Virus record (IMG/VR): IMGVR_UViG_2802429241_000009
Strand: one strand, 5' to 3'
DNA length: 39,485 nucleotides
Source: a virus
Lineage: Duplodnaviria > Heunggongvirae > Uroviricota > Caudoviricetes
The notes under the pieces were generated by a model. The model was not told where the DNA came from. It was given only the letters and a program-made list of their open reading frames with translations, and ran no database searches. The translations under genes were made by a program, and so were the position numbers. Shown here piece by piece: positions 16,512 through 26,015 of the stretch (position 1 is the first letter of the stretch; each line of letters begins with the position of its first letter).

Positions 16512-17207
16512 ATGAATTTATTTGAGCGTTTGCTGTATCGCCGTCTTTGCAATGAGCAACCAGTCGATGGTGGAGCAGCTCCGGCTGCGTCAGAACCGTC
16601 AGCGCCTGCAGGTGATACCCCTGCTCCAGTTGGTGATCCATCACAACAGGAAGGTGATAAGCCACAACCTGTTGCTGATGGCGATAAACCTGCTGATGAC
16701 AAAAAGCCTGAAAACGATAAGCAGGATGGAAAAAAGGGCGGCGATAAACCAGAGGGTGCGCCTGAGAAGTACGAGTTTCAGGCTGCCGAAGGCGTAGATC
16801 TGGATACAGAAGCGTTGAAGGAATTCGAGCCGGTGGCGCGAGAACTTAACCTGACCAACGAGCAAGCGCAAAAGCTGGTTGATGCTTATCCGAAGATTCT
16901 GGCAGGTGTTCAGCAGCGCCAGGCAGAAGCCTGGCAGAAAACAACCGAGCAGTGGGCTGCGGATGTAAAAGCTGACAAAGAAATCGGTGGCGACAAGTTG
17001 ATTTCTAACCTTAGCGTCGCACAGCGTGCGCTTGACCAGTTCGGGACACCTGAACTCAAAGAATATCTGAACACCACCGGGCTGGGTAATCACCCTGATC
17101 TGGTCAAAACGTTCGTGAAAATCGGAAAGGCGATGTCTGAAGATGGCATGGTCACCGGTGGTAATGAAGGCCAGCGTAGTGCGGCCGAAGTGCTCTATGG
17201 CAAATAA
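16512..17207 (+). CDS. Scaffolding protein candidate
   Basis: Acidic, Pro/Ala/Asp/Lys-rich low-complexity N-terminus; between portal and capsid genes. Confidence 0.6.
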   Translation: MNLFERLLYRRLCNEQPVDGGAAPAASEPSAPAGDTPAPVGDPSQQEGDKPQPVADGDKPADDKKPENDKQDGKKGGDKPEGAPEKYEFQAAEGVDLDTEALKEFEPVARELNLTNEQAQKLVDAYPKILAGVQQRQAEAWQKTTEQWAADVKADKEIGGDKLISNLSVAQRALDQFGTPELKEYLNTTGLGNHPDLVKTFVKIGKAMSEDGMVTGGNEGQRSAAEVLYGK

Positions 17208-17215
17208 GAGAGGAA

Positions 17216-18208
17216 ATGACAATGGCTGTTAAAGGCTTAACTGCGCTAACGCTGGCTGACTGGGGTAAGCGCGTCGATCCAAACGGGAAAGTCGATAAGA
17301 TTATCGAGCTTCTCGGTCAAACTAACCCGATCCTTCAGGATATGCCTTTTGTCGAAGGGAACCTTCCTACCGGACACCGAACCACCATTCGTTCTGGTTT
17401 ACCTTCAGCTACCTGGCGTTTGCTGAACTATGGCGTACAGCCAAGCAAATCAACCACAGTGCAGGTAACCGATTCCGTTGGCATGCTGGAAACCTATGCT
17501 GAAGTCGATAAGTCACTGGCAGATCTGAACGGCAATACCGCCGAATTCCGCCTGTCTGAAGACCGCGCATTTATTGAAGCGATGAATCAGCAGATGGCGC
17601 AGACGCTGTTTTATGGTGATTCCAGCGTTAACCCTCAGCAATTTATGGGACTGTCCTCCCGCTATTCCAGCCTGTCTGCGGGTAATGCTCAGAACATCAT
17701 TGATGCTGGTGGCACGGGTACAGATAACACCTCAATCTGGTTAGTGGTGTGGGGCGAAAACACCGTGCATGGCATCTTCCCGAAAGGGCAGAAGGCTGGC
17801 ATCCAGATGGAAGATAAAGGCCAGGTGACACTGGAAGATGCTAATGGCGGCAAGTACGAAGGCTACCGTACCCATTACAAATGGGACAACGGACTTGCTC
17901 TGCGTGACTGGCGTTATGTTGTGCGCATTGCAAACATCGATGTCAGCAATCTTTCAGAACCTTCCTCTGCCGCAAATATTGCGAAGTTGATGGTTAAAGC
18001 ACTGCATCGCATTCCAAACCGTGGCATGGGTCGCCCGGTGTTCTACATGAACCGCACTGTAGGCCAGGCTCTTGATCTGCAGTCTCTGGAGAAAACATCT
18101 CTGGCTATCAGCGTAAAAGAGACAGAAGGCGAGTGGTGGACTTCATTCCGTGGTGTACCAATCCGTGAAACTGATGCGCTTCTGGAAACAGAAGCCCGCG
18201 TGGTGTAA
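17216..18208 (+). CDS. Major capsid protein candidate
   Basis: 330-aa ORF immediately after the scaffold gene; strong SD; position-based call. Confidence 0.7.
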   Translation: MTMAVKGLTALTLADWGKRVDPNGKVDKIIELLGQTNPILQDMPFVEGNLPTGHRTTIRSGLPSATWRLLNYGVQPSKSTTVQVTDSVGMLETYAEVDKSLADLNGNTAEFRLSEDRAFIEAMNQQMAQTLFYGDSSVNPQQFMGLSSRYSSLSAGNAQNIIDAGGTGTDNTSIWLVVWGENTVHGIFPKGQKAGIQMEDKGQVTLEDANGGKYEGYRTHYKWDNGLALRDWRYVVRIANIDVSNLSEPSSAANIAKLMVKALHRIPNRGMGRPVFYMNRTVGQALDLQSLEKTSLAISVKETEGEWWTSFRGVPIRETDALLETEARVV

Positions 18209-18259
18209 CGCCTGTTATTAACCTGTGGGTCGTAACAGACCCACTAATGGAGAAAGAAG

Positions 18260-18697
18260 ATGATCACCGACAAACTGTTGATGTTCTCCGAAGCACAGGC
18301 GGTAACTGATACCGCGGCTTCTACTGACGTAATCGATCTCGGTCCAATTGATGGAAACCATCGCGATATCGGCGTGGGTTACCCGCTTGAGTTTTGGGTG
18401 CTGGTTAACGCAGCCGCCGCGGCAAGCGGTGATGCAACTGTAAACATCCAGTTGCAGACGAGTGAGAATAACAGCTCATGGACCACTATTTATGATAGTG
18501 GCGCACTGGCAAAGACCGCCCTGACAGCAGGTAAACGAGTTGTTTCTGCAAAGGTGCCTGCCGGTGTTCAGCGATATCTGCGTGTTAACTACTCCGTCGC
18601 AACTGGCCCACTAACGGCTGGCGAATTCACTGCTGGTATCAGTCTTGATGTTGATGCCAATACGCCGTATCCGATCCGCTCAAAAGTAACTGGTTAA
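18260..18697 (+). CDS. Hypothetical virion protein (possible capsid decoration)
   Basis: 145 aa directly downstream of the capsid gene. Confidence 0.45.
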   Translation: MITDKLLMFSEAQAVTDTAASTDVIDLGPIDGNHRDIGVGYPLEFWVLVNAAAAASGDATVNIQLQTSENNSSWTTIYDSGALAKTALTAGKRVVSAKVPAGVQRYLRVNYSVATGPLTAGEFTAGISLDVDANTPYPIRSKVTG

Positions 18698-18707
18698 GGT
18701 GATATCG

Positions 18708-19043
18708 ATGTCAGGTGAGAAACCAAGATACCGCGTTCTGCGCCTCTCTCATATCCATAACACACTGTGGCCTGAGGGGGCAGAAATCGAATACGAAGGT
18801 GAGCCTGGTAGCGCACTGGAACCTGTTAACGATGCAGCCAGACAGGCAAAAGCAAAAGTTGCAGGAAAGGTGTCAATGGCAACAACCAGCACCAAAATCA
18901 TCAACGATGTGTCAGATGATGGTGAACTGGATAAGCTCCGTGAAGAGTACGAATTGCTCTTTAACGAGAAGCCACACCATAACGCCAAAGCCGAAACGCT
19001 CCGCGAGAAGATCGCAGATAAGCGTAAAGAACTGGGCGTGTAA
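18708..19043 (+). CDS. Hypothetical protein
   Basis: ATG after GGTG; followed by an intrinsic terminator. Confidence 0.45.
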   Translation: MSGEKPRYRVLRLSHIHNTLWPEGAEIEYEGEPGSALEPVNDAARQAKAKVAGKVSMATTSTKIINDVSDDGELDKLREEYELLFNEKPHHNAKAETLREKIADKRKELGV

Positions 19044-19059
19044 GCCTCGCGGATCAGAC

Positions 19060-19081
19060 AAGGGGCTTCGGCCCCTTTATT
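19060..19081 (+). terminator. Intrinsic terminator after the capsid-proximal gene block
   Basis: AGGGGC-TTCG-GCCCCT followed by TTATT. Confidence 0.6.
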
Positions 19082-19093
19082 GCAGGAGTGTAT

Positions 19094-19417
19094 ATGGAAC
19101 TCGTAAACCTCAAAACCGGCACTGACAGCTACCAGGATGAGAGCGGAGAAACCAGAACTCGCGATGAATACCCGTGGGGGCTGTGCATCACGCTTAATAA
19201 CGACACATTGAATAAGCTGAAGGCGCAACCTAAGGGCGTCGGAACAGAAGTAATGATAACTGCAAAGGCTGTTATTCGAGGCCTGTCTGCCAGAGAAACT
19301 GACGATGGCGTTAATCGCAGCGCCGATCTGCAGATCACTGATATGGCGATCGCTCCTGTTTCCGGGGATGTAGAAAAATCAGCGGCTGAAACTCTGTACG
19401 GCAATGGGGGTGAGTAA
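19094..19417 (+). CDS. Hypothetical virion protein
   Basis: ATG after GGAG; 108 aa. Confidence 0.45.
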   Translation: MELVNLKTGTDSYQDESGETRTRDEYPWGLCITLNNDTLNKLKAQPKGVGTEVMITAKAVIRGLSARETDDGVNRSADLQITDMAIAPVSGDVEKSAAETLYGNGGE

Positions 19418-20022
19418 TGGCCTCTGTAGTAGAGATCTGCAATCGTGCGCTGTCCAATATTGGCAATAGCCGCAGCATTAACAGCCTGACGGAAGCCAGC
19501 AAGGAAGCTGGGGAATGTTCGCTGCACTTTGAGGCCTGCCGTGATGCTGTTCTTTCTGATTTTGACTGGAACTTTGCTACCAAACGCGTGGCGCTTGCAG
19601 ATACGAGCAATCCACCGCCTGACTGGGAATATGCGTACCAGTACCCGTCCGATTGTCTGCGCATTACTGAAATTATGCTTCTTGGTGTACGCAATCCAAC
19701 AGCAGCAATGCGCGTTCAGTACGAAGTTGGTGCAGACACCAACGGAACAGGAAAGTTGATCTACACAGACCAGCCGCAGGCATGGCTCAAGTATGTATCT
19801 CGCGTTTCAGATGTGAACATGTTTGATGCCATTTTTATGGAGGCGTTGGCCTGGCGTCTTGCGGCAGCTATTAACATGGCGCTGACTGGGAATGCAGACC
19901 TCGGTACGTTTGCCCTCAATATGTACAATCGCGTGATTCTTAGTGCTGGCTCGCATAGCCAGAATGAATCACAGGAACCACAGCCACCGGTTGACGAGTT
20001 TACCATTGCGAGGTTGTCCTGA
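19417..20022 (+). CDS. Tail tubular protein A-like (adaptor), T7 gp11-like position
   Basis: 201 aa; N-terminal pattern loosely resembles T7 gp11 as recalled; gene order. Confidence 0.5.
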   Translation: MASVVEICNRALSNIGNSRSINSLTEASKEAGECSLHFEACRDAVLSDFDWNFATKRVALADTSNPPPDWEYAYQYPSDCLRITEIMLLGVRNPTAAMRVQYEVGADTNGTGKLIYTDQPQAWLKYVSRVSDVNMFDAIFMEALAWRLAAAINMALTGNADLGTFALNMYNRVILSAGSHSQNESQEPQPPVDEFTIARLS

Positions 20023-22493
20023 TGGCTATCAGTTGGATCCAGCCCAGCTTTGCCGGTGGTGAGATTGGACCGTCGTTGTACGGTCGTATCGACATGGCGA
20101 AGTACCAGGTGGCATTGCGCAAGTGCGATAACTTTATCGTGCGGCAGTATGGCGGCGTTGAGAATCGACCTGGTACGCGTTTTGTCGGTGCCGCCAAATA
20201 CCCAAATCGGAAATGCCGCCTGATCCCGTTCCAGTTCTCGACGGTTCAGACTTATGCTCTGGAGTTCGGACACCAGTACATGCGCGTTATCAAAGATGGT
20301 GCGTTGGTGCTGAACAGCAGCAATGTTATTTATGAAATTGCCACGCCATATACTGAAGCCGATCTGTTCCGAATTAAATTCACGCAAAGCGCAGACGTGC
20401 TTACGCTGGTTCATCCGGCATACCCGCCGAAAGAGTTGCGCCGCTATGCGCATGACAACTGGCAACTGGTTGATGTGGTAACGAAGAACGGGCCATTTGA
20501 AGATATCAATATTGACGAGTCAGTGACGGTTTATGCCAGCGCCAGCACCGGGACAATTACGTTAACGGCAAGCGCCTCTATTTTTGGCGCGGAGCAGGTA
20601 GGCAAATTGTTCTATCTGGAACAGCCTGCAGTGGATTCTGTTCCGGTATGGGAAACCAGTAAGAGTACGTCGATTGGCGATATTCGCCGTGCAGACAGTA
20701 ACTACTATCGCGCCGTTACAGCAGGCAAAACAGGCACTTTGCGCCCTTCGCATACAGAAGGCACATCATGGGATGGCTGGGGCGGATCCGGTGATGATGA
20801 TACCGGCATTGAGTGGGAGTATCTGCACAGTGGTTTTGGCATTGCCCGTATCTCTGCTGCAAATGGAACTACTGCAACTGCCGAGGTGATTTCCTATATC
20901 CCTTCGCAGGTTGTTGGCGAGGATAATGCCAGCTACAAATGGGCTAAATATGCCTGGAACAGTATTAACGGTTATCCTGGCACTGTTGTTTATTATCAAC
21001 AACGTCTTTACTTCGCCGCATCGACTGCGTTCCCTCAGACTATCTGGGCCAGCCGTACTGGGGATTATAAGGATTTTGGCAAAAGCAATCCTACGCAGGA
21101 TGACGACAGAATTATCTACACCTATGCCGGGCGTCAGGTTAATGAGATCCGCCACCTGATTGATGTTGGTTCGCTGGTGGCGCTGACTTCTGGAGGTGAG
21201 TACGTCATCACCGGCGACCAGAACAAAGTATTAACTCCATCATCATTTGCATTCAGCTCTCAGGGATCAAATGGTTCGAGCAATGTCCCACCAATTGCCG
21301 TGGCGAATATTGCTCTGTTCGTCCAGGAGAAAGGCAGTGTTGTCCGTGATCTGGCCTACTCATTCGATGTTGACGGCTATCAGGGGAACGACCTTACTAT
21401 CCTTGCCAATCATCTTTTTCAGAAGCACAGCATTGTTGACTGGTGCTTCTCGATTGTCCCTTACTCCAGTGCCTTCTGCATTCGTGATGACGGTAAATTA
21501 CTGGTGATGACCTATTTGCGTGATCAGCAGGTTTTTGCATGGGCACCACAATCCAGTACCGGAAAATATGAAAGCACATGCAGTATCAGCGAAGGCAATG
21601 AAGATGCGGTGTATTTCGTCGTTAACAGAACCGTTAACGGGCAAACAGTGAGATACATCGAGAGACTGTCCAGCCGTTTATTTACCAGCGATGAAGATGC
21701 TTTCTTTGTTGATTCTGGCCTTAGCTATGATGGAAGAAATACGTCTGACAGAACGATGACCATCACTGGTGGTTCTGGTGAATGGGATTACCACGCGGAA
21801 TATACAATCAGTGTTTCTGGTGGTGCGTACTTCACCAGTAGTGATGTTGGTGCGCAACTACAGTTCCCTTATACCGGAGCTGATCCTGATACTGGCGATG
21901 AAGTGTCAAAAGAATTACGTTGCGACATTATTTCTGTAACCAGCAATACCGCAGTAGTGGTTCGTGCTAACAGGAACGTCCCGCCATCCCTCAGGAATGT
22001 GGCCACCACGAACTGGCAGATGGCGCGCCGGACATTTGGCGGCTTGTCTCATCTTGAAGGCCAGACCGTAAACATCCTCTCTGATGCGAACGTGGAACCA
22101 CAAAAAGTGGTTTCCGGAGGTGCCGTCACGCTGGAATCACCGGGGGCTGTTGTGCACATCGGCCTGCCAATAACTGCTGAATTCGAAACACTGGATATCA
22201 ACATTAACGGACAGGAAACGCTGCTGGACAAAAAACAGGTGATCCCGTCCGTTACTCTGGTTGTGAATGCCAGTCGCGGCATCTGGGCGACTACGCCCGG
22301 CGGTAAATGGTACGAATATCCACAGCGTGAATTCGAGTTCTACGATGATCCTGTTGATGATGCTACCGGAAAAGTAGAAGTGAAACTGGACAGTAACTGG
22401 GGCAAAAACGGGCGTGTAAAAATCCGTCAGCTTGACCCGTTGCCGCTGTCTGTTCTTGCCGTTATTCCTCGCCTTACTGTTGGGGGATTCTGA
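20022..22493 (+). CDS. Tail tubular protein B-like (nozzle), T7 gp12-like position
   Basis: 823 aa following the adaptor-like gene; size and order. Confidence 0.55.
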   Translation: MAISWIQPSFAGGEIGPSLYGRIDMAKYQVALRKCDNFIVRQYGGVENRPGTRFVGAAKYPNRKCRLIPFQFSTVQTYALEFGHQYMRVIKDGALVLNSSNVIYEIATPYTEADLFRIKFTQSADVLTLVHPAYPPKELRRYAHDNWQLVDVVTKNGPFEDINIDESVTVYASASTGTITLTASASIFGAEQVGKLFYLEQPAVDSVPVWETSKSTSIGDIRRADSNYYRAVTAGKTGTLRPSHTEGTSWDGWGGSGDDDTGIEWEYLHSGFGIARISAANGTTATAEVISYIPSQVVGEDNASYKWAKYAWNSINGYPGTVVYYQQRLYFAASTAFPQTIWASRTGDYKDFGKSNPTQDDDRIIYTYAGRQVNEIRHLIDVGSLVALTSGGEYVITGDQNKVLTPSSFAFSSQGSNGSSNVPPIAVANIALFVQEKGSVVRDLAYSFDVDGYQGNDLTILANHLFQKHSIVDWCFSIVPYSSAFCIRDDGKLLVMTYLRDQQVFAWAPQSSTGKYESTCSISEGNEDAVYFVVNRTVNGQTVRYIERLSSRLFTSDEDAFFVDSGLSYDGRNTSDRTMTITGGSGEWDYHAEYTISVSGGAYFTSSDVGAQLQFPYTGADPDTGDEVSKELRCDIISVTSNTAVVVRANRNVPPSLRNVATTNWQMARRTFGGLSHLEGQTVNILSDANVEPQKVVSGGAVTLESPGAVVHIGLPITAEFETLDININGQETLLDKKQVIPSVTLVVNASRGIWATTPGGKWYEYPQREFEFYDDPVDDATGKVEVKLDSNWGKNGRVKIRQLDPLPLSVLAVIPRLTVGGF

Positions 22494-22957
22494 TGATCGA
22501 TGTTCAAATTATTCCCGCTACCGAAGAGCATCTTCAGATGATTTTGCCGGATGTTCGTCAGGCTGATATTGACGAACTGTATGCGGTATCGCTGATGACT
22601 ACCGAAGATGCGCTGCGCGTTGGTCTTCGCACTGCGACTATGGCCTGGTCAGGGTTCGCGAACGGAGAACTGGTAACCATGTTTGGTGTATCTCCGGCGT
22701 CAATGATCGGTGGCAATGGTACGCCCTGGCTGGTAGGAACCAGCCGTATTGAAAAATATCAGAAGACATTTCTGCGCCACTGCCGCCCTGTATTGCAGCA
22801 GATGCTGGCAGTTTATCCGCGCCTGGAAAACTACGTCGACGAGCGAAACCATGTTGCCAAAGCATGGCTGCACTGGCTTGGATTCAGGCTTGAAGAAGCC
22901 GCGCCTTATGGTGCTCTTGGTCTTAATTTCCACAGATTTCACATGGAGAGAAAATAA
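22493..22957 (+). CDS. Internal virion protein (T7 gp13-like position)
   Basis: 154 aa; ATGA overlap with the upstream gene. Confidence 0.45.
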   Translation: MIDVQIIPATEEHLQMILPDVRQADIDELYAVSLMTTEDALRVGLRTATMAWSGFANGELVTMFGVSPASMIGGNGTPWLVGTSRIEKYQKTFLRHCRPVLQQMLAVYPRLENYVDERNHVAKAWLHWLGFRLEEAAPYGALGLNFHRFHMERK

Positions 22958-23502
22958 TGTGCGATCCGGTTATTGCTGGTGGCGCAATGCTCGCCATGAG
23001 TGGCATTCAGGCATACACCCAGTACCAACAGGGAAAGTATGCCTCGAAGGTTGCAGAAGCGAACGCAGATATAGCCACAGCTCAGGCAAATGATGCAATA
23101 AACAGAGGTAACGCTGAAGCTGAGCAACGACGCAGAGAGACCCGACAGCGGCTTGGTACACAGGCGGCGACAATGGGGGCTACCGGCGCTGATTTATCTA
23201 CAGGTAACGCGCTGGATATATTTGGCGACACTGCCCAGTTTGGCGCTCTTGATTCGCTGACGACGGTGAATAACGCGCAACGCGAGGCTTACGGTTATCA
23301 GGTTCAGGCTGCCAACTATAAAGCAGAAGCCAGTTCAGCCCGTAAACAGGGGAATGTGGGAGCAGCAACAACATTGCTCACTGCGCCTCTGAAGGCATAC
23401 GGTGCGTACCAGATGTTTGGTGGGACGTGGAGTCCGTTTACTCAAAGCACTCCTGCGCCAATCGGGGCAGCAGCAGGAACCAGATTACCCGGAGGATTAT
23501 AA
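22957..23502 (+). CDS. Internal virion protein B-like (T7 gp14-like position)
   Basis: 181 aa, Ala/Gln-rich; gene order. Confidence 0.45.
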   Translation: MCDPVIAGGAMLAMSGIQAYTQYQQGKYASKVAEANADIATAQANDAINRGNAEAEQRRRETRQRLGTQAATMGATGADLSTGNALDIFGDTAQFGALDSLTTVNNAQREAYGYQVQAANYKAEASSARKQGNVGAATTLLTAPLKAYGAYQMFGGTWSPFTQSTPAPIGAAAGTRLPGGL

Positions 23503-26015
23503 TGCCAGTCGTACCAACAGTATCCGGACGTCAGGTTGAGAGTCGTGGAGTTCAGTCAGCAGGCTTGCAGACGTTTTCTCAGCAAGGTATTGGTGATGCT
23601 TTTGTTCGGGCAGGGACAGAGGCAATTGATGTTTTGGGGCAGGCAAAACAGCGTGCCAATATCGCTCTGGCTCAGGAGGCATCTCTTAACCTCAGTCAGA
23701 TAAGCAGCGATCTGCTGAATAATCCTGAAACAGGATTGCTTAACCTGAAAGGGAAAAATGCTATTGAAAAAGGCCATGAGTATACGCAGCAGTTTGATGC
23801 TCAGGTCGAACAACTGGCTATGTCGCTGCCGGATGAACAGGCTCGTAATGCTTTCATGCAGCAGGCGCAGCAGCAGCGCATTCAGTTCACTACGCAGGCC
23901 GGGCGACACGAGATAGGGCAAATTAATGCCTACGAAGAAGGCCAGTTTCAGGCGACACTGCTGAACAATGGTAAAAATGCCGCAGCATTGTATGGCGACA
24001 ACGCCGCATACGTATTGGCTAACAAGCAAACTTTCCAGCAAATTGAGGAGTACGGTGTTGCACATGGCTGGAGCGACGAGCAAATCCAGGCCAAGAAAAT
24101 CGAGTTTAAAGAGAAGGTTGCTGATGCCGCATTGTCCCAGTGGTCGGCAAACAATGCGACCGCATTCATCCAAAGTAATGGCGAGTTAAGTGATACTGCT
24201 GCTGGAGCTCGCCGTGCTGTAGCAGATAGTGACTCTTCCGAGCGTGCCCGTGGCATACGCAACAATAACCCAGGAAATCTCGAATACAGCAAAACTAATC
24301 CGTGGGTAGGCCAGACCGGTGATGATGGTCGATTTGCTAAATTCGAAACACCTGAACACGGGATTCGTGCATTAGGGCGGAACCTGATGTCGTATCAGAG
24401 GCAGGGTATTGATACCGTCAGCGAGATAATTAATCGCTGGGCACCGCCTACTGATAAAAATGACACTATGTCGTATATCAAAGCAGTGTGCGAACAACTT
24501 GGCGTTTCTGCTGATGAGCCTCTCGATGCATCTAATCCTGATACCCTGAAGGCGCTTTGTGCAGCCATTATCCATCATGAGAACGGTAGCCAGCCATACA
24601 GTGATCAGCAGTTAACTGCTGGTGTCAGTGCAGCACTTGGTTTATCAACAATTCCAACCAACACCAAACGCTATACCGGTAATGCAGCATTCGATGCGGC
24701 ATCTCCTGAGGCGCAGGCAAGTTTTATGCGACAGGCGGATCAACTGCGTCGGCAGCAGCAGGCTGAATATAAAACGATGATTGACAGCCAGGTTCGCGAT
24801 GCGACAGCTGCGTATATGCGTGGCGTTGAATTTCCTAACCCACCTGGTGAGGCTGATTTTATTGCAGCTTATGGAGTCAGAGAAGGAAACCTGCGATATA
24901 CCGAGTTCAGAAATACGCAAATCGCCGGACAGTATATAGGCTCTTTCCGCAACATGCCGACAAGCAGCATTACAGCATATGTTGAGCAATTACGCCCGGA
25001 TACTGGTGAGACAGGGGAGGGTTATGCGGCACGAGCCGCTCTTTATGACAACGTTGTGTCGGCTGCAAGTCAGGTGATAAAGCAGCGACAGGCTGATCCT
25101 GTACAGTTCTCTCTTGCCGCCGGACAGGCAAAGCCTATCGACATGAGCAATAAGGATAACTTTGGACAGAGCGTTGCCTTGCGTGCTGCTCAGGTCAGTG
25201 ACATTGCTAAGTCATATGGCACTCCACTGACGTTCTTTTCCAAAGATGAGGCCAATCAGATCGGTGTTTTCTTTCGTGATGCGCCCGTTTCCCAACAGGC
25301 AGCATATCTCGATACCATCAGGCAGAGCACTGGTGGTGGGCAGGTGTATATGTCAGCACTACAGCAGATCAGTGCCAACGCTCCATCTGCTGCCGTTGCC
25401 GGGATACTGATGGATAAGCCAGGTGGTATTTTGGCAGAAAAAAACTGGTTTAATCCGGATGTTTCCGTGTCTCCTGAAACCGCTGCGCAGACAATTCTTG
25501 CTGGCGCGGCGGCTCGTAAAGGTACTGATGACGCGAAAGGTATTCCGATGCCTAAAGATGCTGATCTTCGCCTTGAGTTTTCTGACATGGTGAAGGATGC
25601 ATTTGCTGGTGACGCTCAGGGGGCATCAATGGCATACGAGATCGCAAAGGATTATTACGCTGGTGTGATGGCGAAAAAAGGCGTGGTATCAGGCGAAATT
25701 GACAATGATGTCTGGAAACAGGCTGTTAACGTAGCTACAGGTGGCGTGCATGACTATAACGGAATGGGGAATGTCCTTTTGCCGTGGGGAATGTCTGCAG
25801 AGCAATTCGATAAGCAGGTTAATCAGGCTTGGAATGAACAAGTTGTCGGCTCCGGGATAAAAACACCGCCTGGTCAGTATGGTTTGCAAAGTTACGGCGA
25901 TAGTCAGTACCTGGTGAAACTTGGTACTGGTTATCTGCTGAAAGACGATGGTTCTCCCGTTGTTCTTAATCTGACACAGAAGCGTCAGAGATTCTCCGGA
26001 GATATTCCTCAATGA
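23502..26015 (+). CDS. Internal virion / ejection protein (T7 gp15-like position)
   Basis: 837 aa from the ATG after GGAGG (TAATG overlap with the upstream stop). Confidence 0.6.
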   Translation: MPVVPTVSGRQVESRGVQSAGLQTFSQQGIGDAFVRAGTEAIDVLGQAKQRANIALAQEASLNLSQISSDLLNNPETGLLNLKGKNAIEKGHEYTQQFDAQVEQLAMSLPDEQARNAFMQQAQQQRIQFTTQAGRHEIGQINAYEEGQFQATLLNNGKNAAALYGDNAAYVLANKQTFQQIEEYGVAHGWSDEQIQAKKIEFKEKVADAALSQWSANNATAFIQSNGELSDTAAGARRAVADSDSSERARGIRNNNPGNLEYSKTNPWVGQTGDDGRFAKFETPEHGIRALGRNLMSYQRQGIDTVSEIINRWAPPTDKNDTMSYIKAVCEQLGVSADEPLDASNPDTLKALCAAIIHHENGSQPYSDQQLTAGVSAALGLSTIPTNTKRYTGNAAFDAASPEAQASFMRQADQLRRQQQAEYKTMIDSQVRDATAAYMRGVEFPNPPGEADFIAAYGVREGNLRYTEFRNTQIAGQYIGSFRNMPTSSITAYVEQLRPDTGETGEGYAARAALYDNVVSAASQVIKQRQADPVQFSLAAGQAKPIDMSNKDNFGQSVALRAAQVSDIAKSYGTPLTFFSKDEANQIGVFFRDAPVSQQAAYLDTIRQSTGGGQVYMSALQQISANAPSAAVAGILMDKPGGILAEKNWFNPDVSVSPETAAQTILAGAAARKGTDDAKGIPMPKDADLRLEFSDMVKDAFAGDAQGASMAYEIAKDYYAGVMAKKGVVSGEIDNDVWKQAVNVATGGVHDYNGMGNVLLPWGMSAEQFDKQVNQAWNEQVVGSGIKTPPGQYGLQSYGDSQYLVKLGTGYLLKDDGSPVVLNLTQKRQRFSGDIPQ

